A DNA stretch of 63,909 nt, filler included, from Bigelowiella natans CCMP2755 (GCA_000320545.1; 9 parts of 9 records of this genome joined end to end with filler, not necessarily neighbours in it), one strand, 5' to 3'. Shown: positions 14,439 through 29,423, counted from the first letter of the whole stretch. Numbers and translations: made by a program. The notes: a model not told the origin generated them from the sequence alone.

Positions 14439-15271
14439 AGCGGCGGCAGAAGAGCGAAGCCGCGTTCAAGTCCAATCTTAACCTAAGTTCGTCAGTGCAA
14501 TCTTTGAACCAAATAGACTTGAAAAGTCAGAGCAATGTCAGCAATGTGGGGGAAAGCCAACGACTGTTCCTCCGAACCGGCACGAGCCTGGGCAAAACTA
14601 GGGGGGGAGACAACGACGGCAAGGAGGAGGAGGAGGAGGAGGAGCAGGAAATGGTGCCGATTACGTGCTGCGGAATAGTGATTACCCAGGAGCGGGCGAA
14701 CATGACAAACTCGCAATGGAGTTTCTTGGACTTCGTTGGCGCTGCGATTTGTGTTCTCGCCGTGATTGGATGCGCGTTCATTGTTGTCGTGCTGGCTTAT
14801 CAAAGCGTGGAGGAGGATGGAACTAGTTGGGACATTGTCAAATCGGCACTTCTTTCATGGTCGCAGGACATAGGAGCGCGAATCTTTACGATTGCCTGGC
14901 TAGAAGCCTGGCTCACCGCTCCGCTGATATTCGTCTTCTTCCCGTGCTGCGCTGTCTTTGGTTTTTGCAGCTCTGGGACGGATCGCATCGACTCGGAGCA
15001 TACTTATACGTTTGACACAGACCAGGGCGTTTGTAAACTGGACAAGAATAACTTCGTGACGAAGGTATATCCTCAAGCGAGGGAGGCGGGGGTGAAAGTT
15101 GGGTGGCATCTCATTAGGATCGGCGATGCGTCGGTTTCAACCAAGCAAGAAACCATCGATCAGCTACGAAGAATCCACGTAATGCATGGGCACTTCGTCG
15201 GCACCTTCGATCCGAGTGCGAAGCGAACAAAAGAAAAGGAAGCCCGCATAAAGAGGGTGTGGGAGTGGTGA
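10375..15271 (+). CDS. Polycystin-1/PKDREJ-like membrane protein (REJ, GAIN/GPS, TM helices, C-terminal PDZ-like domain); multi-exon, 5' end in the gap
   Basis: REJ-like [42 protein letters not shown]; GPS CVFW..GHWSTEG...CESTHLSSF; [17 protein letters not shown]; PKD1-like RRHPWLSL...DSRKRLLIL; PDZ-like [27 protein letters not shown]. Confidence 0.8.
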
Positions 15272-15696
15272 TCGTTGTCTAGTCGGGGCACAACCGGTGG
15301 TGCGCCACCATTGTTTCAAGTTGCAGCGCAGACTAGCAGAGTTGCGTAGAATGCTAGAATGGCTCGTGCGACCCGCCGCTAGCCTGCGTGGCGCGTTTTT
15401 GCACTTCTTACTACTCTATTCTGCATCACAACAAGCTAGCCTGTGCTCTAGTGCTTGCCAATCTAACAATTTATTCAGTATAACGTAGATAAAGCAAAGT
15501 GAATAAAATGAGTGTTAATCGTACTCTGTCCATTTGTCTAGCTTTAGACTGTAGATGCAGCTACAACATACATGGATGTTGCGTTGCGACAGCGTACGTC
15601 ACGGCATGCATGCAGACATGCTAGCATGGAGCTAGTCGTAGTAGAATGAGCCGACGCGCGATATCAACGATTGATTGCAGCGTGCTGTTACGCTTG

Positions 15697-16802
15697 CTAT
15701 TTGACATTTTTACGATCGAGGGAAACGCGTTGGATTTCATACAAAGCAGGATAAGTGAGATGGCCATCAGAGATAACATCCTCAAGGGCCTTTTTGTCCG
15801 CGTACGTCTGTGATACGACAGGGAGACTGCTTGCTTTTGCGACCAGCCTGTGTGCGAGTGCACCAATTATTACCAAAACAAGCATGTTTTACAAAAAAGA
15901 GCACGGGTGACATTGGATGACATTACTAATACATGAACACAATGCAATCAGACACAAAGACATTAAACCGACTTACTTACGTTTGTATGCGATTAGCGTA
16001 GTCCCTTGGCGTTTCTCCATCTGGCAAGTAAGCAAACCACGAACATCAAGCACAAGCCAACCAGAAACAAGAGCTGTGCGATTTTTTGTTTTTGTTTCTT
16101 TAATCAGATGGATCACGCCCGCTGCTACCTCGAACGTAAATGCATACTCGGTGGAGGCACATGCACACGCAACGATCACTCCTACTAGCAAAGCTATTAA
16201 TCCTCCAACTAGCTATGGTATGCTCAATAGCTTACCCAAAGGATATTGAACGGGAAGATACTCGACAGACAGCCCGATGCTGGGCTGCGACATCAGCCCG
16301 AAAGCGAAGCTGAAACAAAAATGGGTTGATTGATGAAAGTGGTCGAGGAAGGAGCTTGCTACCGCCCAAAACTAGCCCCTATGACATGCAATAACGTAAA
16401 GTTCTTGTCGCTCGCCGTGTATATTCTCGTTTACGGAGGGATAAATTCTGATGGCGTTTAGGTTGTGGTGTTGGCCACCAAAACTTTGTCAATAGAAATG
16501 GCTAGAGAGAGGTGGTGAGGTGTTGTGGCGCACCCTACTGCTCCGACAGTTGTGTAGTGTGGATCGAAGTCAATGCCACGCCGGTATCCTGTAAGAAAAG
16601 TAACATGACAAACGGCGAGCACATGCCCATCAGGAGCGATGCAGCGGGTAGGAAGCACGGACTCACTCACACGCGCACATCCGCACACGCACACGCACTC
16701 ACATGCATGTACAATGAATGTACTTTTTGCATCATAGTAGATCATACCTTCGAATTTGAACACGAAAGGCGCAACCTTTGGAGAGAATATAAACACACAT
16801 TA

Positions 16803-16840
<38 letters not shown>

Positions 16841-17106
16841 ATATATATACCATCACACCGTCTACATAATGAGGTTCAGTTCTTGATGGATCTTCATTCC
16901 TCTTCGCTCTCACAGGCCATCGCTAGTTTCATGATGACACCGCACTTACCGGGAGGAGCGGGACGAACCCTCCGGAGCGGAACTTCAAGATCTAGAAAGC
17001 AACAATGCTTCTTATGGCTGTGTGTTTGGGATAAATGACTCGAGAGGACTTTCTGCTCTCCCAAATAATGGTTGGAAACACACACAAATACACACACGCG
17101 CGCGCG

Positions 17107-17147
<41 letters not shown>

Positions 17148-17242
17148 TTAGATATAATCCTTGTATTCTTTTTTAATGATGCCTTGTGGAGAGATGGGTG
17201 CGGGAGGGGTAGGAGATGTGCATGCGTGTGCATGCGTGTGCA

Positions 17243-17280
<38 letters not shown>

Positions 17281-17980
17281 CGAGCACTTGTTCTCCATTG
17301 GTTGTTGTCCCCTCAGGAAAGATGCAGAGGTGCATCCTGATCAGTTCCATAGTTGTGTTTAAAATGTACGACATCATGATCAAATACAATACACACACAC
17401 ACACACACACACACACTGAAAACGCACAATGCCGAATTTGAGGGCGAGTAGCTACTGTGTATATATATTATTATGGTTACAAGGTGGCCTCACATCTTTC
17501 TTCCTTTCGCTGCTTGCAGTATTTCCGATGTGACACTGGAACTCTTCTGTTCCCCACCCCCCTCTCCCTTCCGCCTCTCGCCCGCTTTATCTGCGAATTG
17601 AGGAGGTTGAGAGGAGGAAAGCGTGTGTTTTTTTGGGGCTGCGGATGCTATCTTCGTATTTGCTCATTCGTACCTATCTTCGTCGCATTTACTTTCCTTT
17701 CCACGAATATGGTTCCGATCTGCTTCGTGAGCACGCCAATCATTGGGGCTTTCGCGACCTGTATTGTGTTGTATTGTGTTGTATTGAGAGGCAGTGATCA
17801 TTATGTGAAATGACCAAGCGGAAGAGATATATGAATGGGGTCGGGCTCGTACCCCTGCTTTCGCCACGAATGAAGGTCGATATTTCATGAAGAACCACAC
17901 AATTTCGTGGAAACCTACGGGGTGTAGCAGCACAGCAATTGGCTCTGTGAGCGAGAAGTAACGATCAATACATAATATTA

Positions 17981-18072
<92 letters not shown>

Positions 18073-19024
18073 ATTGATATTTCAGAGAAATCAGTTGCGC
18101 TCTTTTGCTAAGAGATGAAACGCTGTGGTGAAAGGCGAAGGTTCTATACGCAATGCCGACCCCACCCCTTAATCTTGGAGGAGACTACCACTACCTACCA
18201 AGATGGTTCGAGACGAAAACGCACTTGTCTGGGAGGACTATGTTCTGTGGAAGAAGTAAGAGAGGACAGTGTTTTTAACGTCGTGGCTCAGGGCCAATGG
18301 CAGTGCGTTCATATATTAATTCAATTATGGTGGCGATTTTCATATAGGGGCTTGCCGCAGGTTTATATCGCCAGAATGATTTGTAACACTACTACTACCA
18401 CTACTAGTGCTGCTGCTGCTGCTACTACTACTACTACAACTACTGATACTTTTACATACGCTTTTCAGATTCTTTTCCTGTATCCACCAGACGCCCAAGC
18501 ACCATAGCCAAACCCGAGCCTTTGAATTCGAAGACGAATTAAATAGTTATTGTGTTTGTGTTTGTGTTCGCGTGTGTGCGTGCGTTTGGTGGAGAGAGAG
18601 AGGAAGAGGGGGGGGGAGGGGGAGATAACAAATACCTGTAAGCGAAGCACGAATAGTGCTGCGGGAACGAACCCTAGATGACTTAGCACTGCCCAAATCG
18701 AGAATGCGATCAAGCTACGACGAAGATTACAGGACCAACATTTAATCAATGGGGGAAGGAAGGTGGCATAAACCAAGACTGATGATGCATTCGTTACTTT
18801 GTCAGGATGAAGATGAGGAGGCGTATCGGCATGAGGAGCACGCCAAATATCCCCGTCGTCAGCATCCCCCCCCAGCTCTATGTATATGCAAATTTCGAAA
18901 GAAAACAATCGAGGGGGAATGAAATTGGCAAGGATTATATTCAAAAACGACGAGAACCACTGCGCACCTGTGGATAGCGGGCGAATACGAGCCCCTTTTC
19001 GATGCGGCTCTTGACGTCCTCCAT
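15697..19024 (-). CDS. LPCAT/GPAT-like phospholipid acyltransferase (PlsC family), multi-exon
   Basis: Exon motifs VFVSNHL (~18195-18230), PSFVAK, PMIGVLTKQIGTIFV, LCIFPEGTTTNG, FRSGGF..LLPV, VEYLP, YANRIQ. Probable start MEDVKSRIEK at 19024. Confidence 0.85.
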
Positions 19025-19337
19025 TGGGCTTTCGGACCGCTCAGCGAATGGTATTTGCTAACATTCAGTAAGCGACTTCGCTATTCGATGTCGTAGGACT
19101 TGAATCCAATGCATTTCTCTTTGTTTTTCGACTACTGTGTGCTTGAACTCGTTTACACAAAATCCCCGGCATTATTATGGAAAATGTATTGACTTTGTTG
19201 TCGCAGTTCCTAAACAGGATAACTTTGCTTCCCCTCTTCGGCCATAGGAAGGCCAGGTGTGTCATCATTCTATCTCCAGCTGTGGCACTGAGCAGGATTG
19301 TATGATGAAACATTTGCGTGCTTATGTGCTTCCCAGC

Positions 19338-20249
19338 GCGCTGTGGAGGTGTGGGGAATGGACGATGGAGACGATGACATTGTATTTCAAGGGATGAGGA
19401 CAGGTGGGGCACAAGAAGAAGAAGTAGTAGATCTACACTGTGAGCGAGTTCGCTGTTCCGAATCGTCGTCGAATTCCATGAATATTGTCAATATTTAAGC
19501 GCGTACCCCCCAAAATGGGTTCGTTCACGTCATGCGAATGCGTCGAGTGCGGAGCTTATTATGGATAGAAAGCAGACTCTCCCTTCCACGTTCGCCATAA
19601 TTTATCGAATCAATAACATTCCGTATTGTATTTTCATGATCAACAGCGGCGGAGTTGTCTTCAGAACGCTTACGCGAAGCAAAGTCCAGTAAGTGACTCC
19701 TCCCCCCCTTCCTCGTTTTTCTGCTCAACTGCAGTAGATCACTACATGTACATCGCAGAGGGACTAGTAATCAGCACTTGTGAAGATTCTCCAGACGTCG
19801 AGCAGGAGCCACTAAGTAGAACGATCGGGGTTTGGTGCGTTACCTGGCATGGCGGTGCTGTTTTGCGCGCGGGTATTGATAAGACTTCAGAGCAGAAGCG
19901 CATCATCAAGGCTGGTGTAGAGGTACAAGTTGTGGAGATCATATTTCCAAGAGGTATTGCATCATCACAGCACATAAATAGAATAACGAGAGTACATATG
20001 TGAGAAGGAAATGCATGCCTGCACGTGTCAAGTGTGCACCCCCGCCCCTCCCTCCCCCGACCGCTATCCCATCTTTGAATATCCTTCCATACTCGAATAA
20101 TGATCTCTTCCCCCACCCCCTTTTCTCCCTCCCCTCTTTCCGGTTTGGCTATGGGCCGGATTAGCTCGTGTGCTGGATATGATGGGCGCTGAGCTTGGCT
20201 GGATTTCGCTCCAAGCTGTAAGTGCACATATCTGTTTTATGTTTCAAAT

Positions 20250-20284
<35 letters not shown>

Positions 20285-20454
20285 CACATGCGCATGCGCA
20301 TGTACACACAAACATAAGAATGTTATAATGTATATAATGAGTGGATTGCGAGTGGGATGTTGAAAATGACAAAAAGGATCACACAATCAATCTAAACTAT
20401 GTTGCCTCACCTCCCCATCTCCTTGCCATACCCTCTCCCCCCTAAATGTTTCTA

Positions 20455-20494
<40 letters not shown>

Positions 20495-22135
20495 CCTCTC
20501 CCTCTCTCTCTCTTTTCTTTCTCTTTCTGTTCTACCTCCCCCTTCTCCATTACAAATACGGCTAATAAGTCAAATGGGAAGCAAATCGCACAGCGCCTTC
20601 GGAACCTCCCAAAAAAACCGAGGCGAAAGCTACTTCCGGTGCCTCAGCTCCAAGACGATGAGGATGACGCTTCTCCTGCTACCACAGACAACGAAAGCCA
20701 CGGTGAATACCCCCAGAATGGACACGTTGGTAATTCTCGCCACCACGAGAAAGACGAGGAGGAAGAGGCCGTCAAAGCGCGACATAGCAGCAGAAAGAAC
20801 GCGCCGCATCCTGAAACGGTATAAGCTGTCTTTTGACTGTAATGTGAATGATACATTTGCGGCTAGGAAGCAGAACAAATTACGCTTTCTGACGTGATCG
20901 ATGCAGATCTGTATCCCTAAGGAAATATGTTGGATTTGAATAGACTCGGGGGAGGAAAAGAGTCATCAGCGATGGAGTGTTGAAGACAGAGGGGGGGGGA
21001 GGGTGGAAGAGGGTCAGAACGACGGCGAAGAATGCTAGTGCTATTGTGGTGAGGGGTAGGGAGACTCCGATTAGTGCGGTTGCTTTGGAGAAAGAGGAGG
21101 CCAGGAAAATGAGGACAGGAATCTTGCATGGTGACGATGATAGCGATGATGATGTTGATGCTGACGACGACGACGACGACGATGTCGGTGAGGAGGAAGA
21201 GGAGAAGGTCAAAACACGATTCAGCCAGCTGCTCAGAGAGGTAGGTTTGAGAGCTCGTGTAGAAAAGAGGGGGGTTAAAAAGAGGGCTTTCGTCGAGGGA
21301 AACATGCACATCTTCGTGGCCATACCTATAACGAATAGACGTCGACGATTTGCTGTTAAACACACGTGTGCGGGGCGCATATGTGCAATGAACACGCAAA
21401 CACTCATGATGGCCAATCGGTCTTCCAAATTGAGAGATATCCTGCTGGTTTGCACAGAAAGGCCTGGGAGGCCTCGCGGCGCCGCGATGTATAGGAATGC
21501 TCTCCTTGGAGTTGCTGACTCAACGCAGTATCGATGCCGGTGTCGTGACCGAGGTCGTCGAGCACAGTCTATGATGATATATGGCGTCGTTTTAAGTGCT
21601 CGTTGTGTTGCGTTGATTATTATTATTCTTCCTAGTGCAGCGTCTCGTCGCAATTCTTGCGAATACGAATACGGGTGGGGGGCCTTCGGCCCCTCACTCT
21701 CGCTCAATGCCTGTTTCTGTTCTATTTTCTCGCAGATTCTCGCTGGGGAGTGGGGGGTGTCGGGCGAAGCCAAGAAGGTAATAGGCACAGCTGGTAGAGT
21801 GTGTCTGCGAAGTTGCAATGTGCCCTTAATAGCCTTCCGCTCGGCGTGTCTTCACAAAAGTCACGTAACATCGACCCCCTAGAAGAGACACTACTATTTG
21901 AATGAATTTCCGTCAGCCCGGCCCGCTATCTACTGGGAAGTCTCTACTGCTGTATGCGGAGAGTTATTTTATCGGTTTTGACTCTCTATCTATTCATGAT
22001 ATCTGTTACGTGTATATGTAGTCGCCGCGGTCCTGTCTTCTTGTCTTTTGGTAAGTAAATCTACACGTTTTGCGTTCCTACACAGGCTGCGCTGAAGGAG
22101 GTGATCATCGAAGCGAGGACCAAGTGCAATTGTGT

Positions 22136-22170
<35 letters not shown>

Positions 22171-22769
22171 TGTGTGTTTTATGTGTACTTTCCGTCACAC
22201 TCATCACCAACATCATTATCATCATTATCATCATCACATCATCTATCTCCCCTCTCTCCATAGGCCTCAGCGTCTCCTAAAGCGCTCTCCCCTACTACTA
22301 CTACTACAGATCTCAAGGAGCCGGCGGCCTCTGCCGACTATGTAATGTTCCTCTCTGAGAATGCAATAAGGGAGTGGGAATAAATCGACAGTGCTTTTGC
22401 CATGCATACATTGATGAGAGAAATAAAAATTAGAAAAATAAATGAAAACGACTAGGTTTTGTTATTTAAAGAGCCTACCCCATCTATAGACTCGTCTTTG
22501 TTTTTAACACGTTTCCTCGTCCTTCTTTTCTTTCCTGGGTATGATCGTGTGCTTCCATGGCATGTCTTCTTCTGGGAAGGACTTGCCATCCGAGAGCGAC
22601 CCAATAGGCACGGCACAAGATGTCTTTGGGGGAGTGGACATGGAAAGCTACACCGGCAAATCGTAAGTTGCTTTGTGATATCGCACTGTTGAAGATCTTT
22701 CACGAAAAATTAATGAAACGTATGATTTCTTGCGGCGGTGTCGAGGCCAGCTCATGCTCATAAGCCAGG

Positions 22770-22806
<37 letters not shown>

Positions 22807-23086
22807 AATGTGCTCTTCGTTACCATTTCATTCGCGTGGAGCAATGAAGCAATAGAGCAAAATTTAAGGGGGGGGAGGGAAAATGTGTACTTTTGAACTG
22901 TGCTCACCACCGATTTGCATGATCTGTCACAGCACAGCAGCCAAATACATTATCATCATCATCATCACAGACACCAGTTTAGTAGCATTCAAATGTGCAC
23001 ATTCTCCTCAGAGATCTTCAAGGCGATTTGGAGTTCTTTGCAAAGGTTTTTCGGCTAGCACAGGGGAACGACTTTGTCTCCGAATG
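19338..23086 (+). CDS. Multi-exon hypothetical protein with an SH3b-like segment and acidic tracts
   Basis: Exons MDDGDDDIVFQG..., GAVLRAGIDKTSEQKRIIKAGVEVQVVEI joined to ARVLDMMGAELGWISL, a DE-rich exon 20944-21240, and last exon DLQGDLEFFAKVFRLAQGNDFVSE*. Confidence 0.5.
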
Positions 23087-25200
23087 ATGCAACAATTGAT
23101 GCAGGGTGCATGACGTTGTGAGCCTGTAGATGCGTGCTGAATCGACAGACGGCTAGACACTCGCACAGCCATGGATTCACCTCATTGTGGACTCCAGTCA
23201 CGCACGTGCGCAGAAGTTGCACTGCGTAGTCATGATACGCAGTCCACATCTGTGCGTGCACATCTAGACATGCTGCTGAACTGCGCCCATGCACATGCAC
23301 ACATGCATGCGTGTTGTGGTGTGACATGTGTGTGTGTGTGTGTCAGTCACATTGCATGGCCTAGCTCTAGCGCCTAGCAGTGCTAGCAGCGTGCACAGCG
23401 AGATCCAGAGATGGCGCTCCACATTGAACTAAGCGGTGCACGCTGACATGCACTGTTCGCTGTGCAACCCCCGCATGTCATTTTGCCATGCTTAACCTTT
23501 GATGATTAATTAGAGGAATGCGCAATGATCGAAAGTGAATGTCTTACAGCCATGACATCATGGTTCTGATGATGATGCTCATCTATGTGCTAGTTGAGAC
23601 GAGATTCAAAATGCCAGCATCTCCACTAGCCGCCACCATGCGCATCATGGTGAAAGCGGGCAACAGCCAACGCAATGCATGCAGGCTTGCACAATGTTTC
23701 AAGATAGAAAATTCGCTTGCATGTTGTCATCACAGAGTGGATGCACATTGTTTTGATCATTAGGAATTACCGGCTAATGAAGTAATCGTTATCGCATGCA
23801 CACATGTGGTGATGATCGGTGTAGTTTCGTGTAGCTGTTATTCTTAAATGATGATGATCGATGTACGTGCCTGGCAAGAACGCACACCGAAGTAGACCAA
23901 GCGTATGTCTACTCCACATTCAACCTCATCCTTTTGCAGCATCATTTCCCCCCGTAATACTTCTTTACTGCCGGGAGCGCATCGATCTTATCCACTAGTG
24001 CCTACAAGCAAAGATGGCGCACAAGGAACGGATGAATGGGTGTCTGAAACTGCAATGCAAAATCTCGGATTTGGGTTTCTTGGGCGCTCAGATATCGAAG
24101 TGTTATCTCCAATACGAGCGCATGATTTACGCGACTTCGGCCATGCCCCAACCAAAGCTTACACCGATATTGTTTCATGTGCAACACTGCTGCATTGTAG
24201 TCATGTATTACTACCTGTATTCTGGAGAACTGGGAGGTAATCACGCTGGTGTTAATGCCTTCAATTGCCTGAAGGAAGAAGGAATATAAGTCCGGGGAGC
24301 GACAAATGGCTTTCATCCTAAATAGACGTGTTGGATCGTTGCTGTTTTTTGCGGATCAAACGGCATTTCGACTGCTGAAATGACAAACGCAAAGCTGTGA
24401 TTTCTTGCATAGAATCATGCGAAGAACTTCGAGAAAATAATCCCGTGATTCACGCCAGCCCCACCGACGATATACCGCAAGCGACACGAAGAAACAAACG
24501 TCGATGTATCTATCAGCTTCAACTGAGCAGGTTTGAGGGGCGAGGTGCCACTTATTATCATATACTATGCTGATTCGTATTTAGAGATATTGAATAAGCA
24601 GACAACTTTGTAGAGGGGGGCGACTCCAGAGACCATCTTGACAAAGCACCACAACTGAAGGAATGCAATGAGCAGGTTTCTTAATATGGATATATTGTAT
24701 GATTCAATTCAATATTATACATAAATATATATATATATATATATATATATCTAATATCATAATCAAAATGTATATGCATGTTACGTGTGTGCGCGCGGAC
24801 TATTGAACATGCGGAATCCCTACAGATATTCCAACCTTGACATCCGCAATGGAGATTTTCCCGGTCAAATACCCCGACTTCGACTCCTTTGGCATGTGCG
24901 AAGAAGAGCCATCAGCGTAAAACAAAGCGAAACAACGCAAACAGCAGAGGCGTCAAAAGGCGCCAAATCAGCAAAGACAGCAGGCATGAACCAAACAAAG
25001 TGCTCAAAATTGACATATGTTCATATGTTCGGCATTCAACGGTATGTGTGATAGTAAGCATACCATCCACAGTGTAATGAATAAAAACGCCGTTCCCCCC
25101 TCCCCCCCCCTCCTCTCTTTGCACACTGCATCTTCCTCAAATAATATTCCTTGGCCTTTCCTCCCCGATTTGCGCATATTTTTACAAGTCATCATCATGC

Positions 25201-25243
<43 letters not shown>

Positions 25244-25625
25244 TATATAAATATGAGTTATATGTATATATGCATATGTTCTATATTTATAAATACGTGT
25301 ATTAATATACAGAATTCTTGAAGGGGACGACAAAGCAGCAGCACCTTGAGGAACAGACTCAGATAGCCATCTTTCCCTTGGGATGATGACATCGGTGATT
25401 CTCTTTCCGAAACCTAGAAACGGGGGGTAATCGATTTGAACGGGCGTGNNNNNNNNNNNNNNNNNNNNNNNNNNNNNNNNNNNNNNNNNNNNTTAATTAA
25501 TTAANNNNNNNNNNNNNNNNNNNNNNNNNNNNNNNNNNNNNNNNNNNNAAAAAAAAAGATTGACCTTTTTTCCCCCCCAATTCCCCCCCCCCCCCCCCCC
25601 GATGACTTGTATTCACCCCATCTAG

Positions 25626-27090
25626 AATACAGCCATGCTCACGGCATCATGCATCGCGATGTGAAACCCCACAACGTGATGATTGATCATAAGCAAAGGA
25701 AGCTGCGCCTCATTGATTGGGGACTTGCGGAGTACTACCATCCGAAAATGGTGAACAAAACTTTGAACTGCTAATGTGCCTTGAGGACGAAGAAGAAGAG
25801 GAAGAAGCGATATCGCCGCCGCCGCCGCCCGCCGCCGCCAGCCGCCTTCTTTGCTCTATTTCTCACCCCTCCCCCCTCCCCCCTCCTTTTGACTGGTGTG
25901 ATGTGGAGATGGGTATAAGCAAAGAAGGCACGATGATAAACACGATGATAAACACGATAATACCGGTCACTTTTGTTTCGCGGAGAGAAGCCTAAGCTCC
26001 CTTCTTCTCACGCTTGCTCATGCAAATTAACCCCCCCCTTCCCTTTCCCTATCCATCAGCTATACAACGTGCGAGTGGCCTCCCGTTACTTTAAAGGGCC
26101 GGAGCTGCTCGTGAATATGCGCGATTACGACTACTCCCTGGACCTATGGAGCCTCGGCTGCATGCTTGCAGCGATGATCTTTAAGGTGGGGGGAGGAGGA
26201 GAGAAGTGCAGGAGGGAACGGCGACGGCGGTGGTGGTGGTGTAGTGCAGCGGGTATGTGACGTGTGTGCGTATCTGATCACGTTTCAAAAATTATCTTAC
26301 CCCCCCCCCCCCCAACCCCTCCCCTCTCGCGAACGGAAGGTGGAGCCGTTTTTCAAGGGACGCGACAACTACGACCAGTTAGTGGTGATTTCGCGCGTGT
26401 TGGGGACCGAGTCGCTGTACGCCTACCTGGAGAAGTACAACCTGGAGCTCGACTCTAAATTCAAAAGCCTCCTAAAGCCCGCGAAGAAACGGCCATGGCA
26501 GCACTTCATAGATAAGAATAATCAGGTGCGTGGGATTATGCCGAAAGGAGTTCGGCTTTTTGGGGGGGAAGGGATGGGTGTGTGGGTGTGTGTGTGTGTT
26601 TCTTGTGTCTATGTGTAGGGCATTTTATGTATCGGAAGAAAACACTAGCGCGGACATAGATACTTACACACACACACACACAACACATGTTGCATCACCA
26701 GTGGTCATCTGAAGTGAGGAGAGAGAGACGGCTCCAATACCGCGAATCCCCCCCCCCCCTCCCCCCCTTTCCCATTCATTCTCCCCAATGGCAACCGACC
26801 GAGAATTTGCCCGGAAAATCAACCAACTGTGTGTGTAGGCGCTGTGCCCTCCGGAGGCGCTGGACTTCCTCTCGAAGTGCTTGCAGTACGACCACCAGCT
26901 GCGCCCGACATGCAAAGAGGCCATGCAACACGCATATTTCAAACCGATCCGAGATCAAATAGCAGCGGAGGAAGCAGAGGAAGAGAAGAAGCAGCAAAAG
27001 CAGCCGCAGGCACAACAGTCGTCGTCGTCGCCGTCCTCATCTGCCGCCACCGCGAAGAAAGAGGCCAGCGCAGACGACACGAGCAAATAA
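25626..27090 (+). CDS. CSNK2A1: Casein kinase II catalytic subunit alpha (3' exons; 5' part in the gap)
   Basis: [31 protein letters not shown]; [16 protein letters not shown]; [14 protein letters not shown]; [17 protein letters not shown]. Exons ~25626-25750, 26060-26185, 26340-26525, 26839-27090. Confidence 0.96.
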
Positions 27091-28278
27091 GATTAAGTTG
27101 GTTCGAAATATGGCTTTCTTCAGCCTCGATTCTCTTCTGTTCTTGCTGCTCCTTCTAGCTGCACGTAGAAGTGCTATAATAATCATAGGCATCAATGGTA
27201 CATGCTATATATGATGTATAGTATACACGTTGTGTCTATAGTATATGTCGCTATTGATGACGCGTGTGTATTCCTGCTGCGTGCATCGACTATCTAGCTA
27301 TCTCACTGCGATATGAGCCCTCAACTAGCACCTTGAGGGATGATATACCAGTCTGTGTACATTCACATGTAGTGCCCTTGGAATCATAGTAGCTTGTACA
27401 TGTGTGAGACGGATGTAATGAAATGTTTAAATTGTTTCAATGGTCATCCTAATGTAGCTGTGCAATGCAGCGGCTACGATACAGCGCTTAAATTGTATCT
27501 GTTTGTTTCCTTGGTCACATGGCGCATGCATGAAAATGCATCCTGTTTTGGTCTAGCTTGTACATGTGTGTATCTGCTAGGTGCTGGACCATGACACATG
27601 CCAGCATATGAGATGGATGCAGTGACGTACATGATTAGATCTTCCTAACACATATATGCATGTGCCGCCATCGTGCTAGCGCGGTCTAGTGGTGTCCATG
27701 TTGCGACATGCAACAAGGCTAGAAGGCCTTGCCAGCAGCTCGGCAAAGTAGAGCTATGCATGGCTAGCTGAGGTCCTAGCCTGCAGCACGGTTACATATA
27801 TGCATCTAGGCATGTGCGAATAGTCTGTATACTAGTCTGCCATAGTTCTGTGTGCAATCGCGATAGCATGCGTCATGTTTGAAACTAGCTAGCAACAATA
27901 ATTGTCATCTAGGCAACAAGACTAGAAGACGACACAAACACATAATCTAGACCTGTGCATGATCTGTAGTCAATCAATCGGGCACGCACTCGCGCGTAAG
28001 CTGCAATTATTCTATAGATCTGCTCTTTGGATGGCGTTGCTCCTGTGAGACATGTCTAGATGTGTACGTACAGCTAACTCCATGCATTGATTGACTTCAC
28101 TGCGATGTGCTGCTGCATCACACTGCTGCAATAATCAAAACGTCCGCAAGTACAAGTCACATTCTTTATTGGTTACGGTGCGCGATGGTCGTCCGTGGCG
28201 AAGTCTCCATTGCGCCCATATATCGCAAAACCTTTCTAAGCACCAGCTGTCCGATCCAGTAGGCAAGGGCGCTGCCTG

Positions 28279-29351
28279 CTACTCCTTCAGTTTCACCGCA
28301 GCCATTGCTGCTGAATTCACGGGGAATTCGAGCCAGATTTGTGCTACCCATTTCTCGTCGACCGCATCCTCGGCTTCATGCTCCGTCCTACACAGCAAAA
28401 CACTAGTCACAATCACGGTAATACACCGCCCCCTCTAATCCCTCCAAGGTGTCGCTAATGTGAAAGTTGCTTTACAAGTCGTCTCTGTTGGGGAGCTAGG
28501 GACATGGCTGCGTCTTGATACAAACGAAAACGAGGCGATATTTTCCCCGTGAAAATCGGACAGAAAACACGGTAAGACTTTCGTCACGGCGGACAAAAAA
28601 TTGGCCGATGTTCTTCGGTTGAAGATGACGGACCCGAAATTCCAAGATTACACACTCCTTTCGCGCTAATGTGCGCGGTGCTCTTATTCGCAAACCAACC
28701 TTTCATCCGACTTGAGCGTCTTATCAGTGGGGAAGAATATGAGCGCCTTCCCCAGGTCTGGCATCGATCTGAAGCGCAAAGATAAACGCCACACGGCGAT
28801 GAATATATAGAAACACACTGTGCACGTGTATACTCAGCAGCAGCAGCAGCAGCAACAACAACAACAAAAGGGGCGGGAGAGCAGCCAAGGAGGGCAGAGA
28901 GAATGCTACTAGTAAGGGTAGCTGATCGATGGTGTCACAGCTTCGTTGGAAGCTAGATAGTTATGATAATGGATCGATTGAGCGAAATGCCTCGGCATTT
29001 TGACCTGATCTCCAAGTCGGGAAAGTTGGTTCCCCCGCCCACCCCCACTTCGTTCAGATACACCAGCACCGTAGCCATTCTCTGAGCTCCAACCTGCCGT
29101 TCCACAACACGCACGTCACCGCAAGATAAACTCTCTCAGCATGAGGAAGGACGAATGGGCGGCGTTTGTGACTCAGAGATGGCGCATCATCGCCAAGCCT
29201 CACGAGAGGGATGGTGATGGGAAGATACGCATCTAGCTGCCCGCACGCTACGACATGCTACCTAGCCGTGTGCACAGGATATTAGAGTAAACCACATCTA
29301 GATCCAGCACACACACACACACAGACACCCACACTAAATTTATTTTTTTTT

Positions 29352-29423
<72 letters not shown>

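Noticed and set aside
20880-21882. Two overlapping ~300-aa antiparallel ORFs
   Set aside because: Better explained by plus-strand exons with stop-free introns; the minus ORF mirrors low-complexity sequence.
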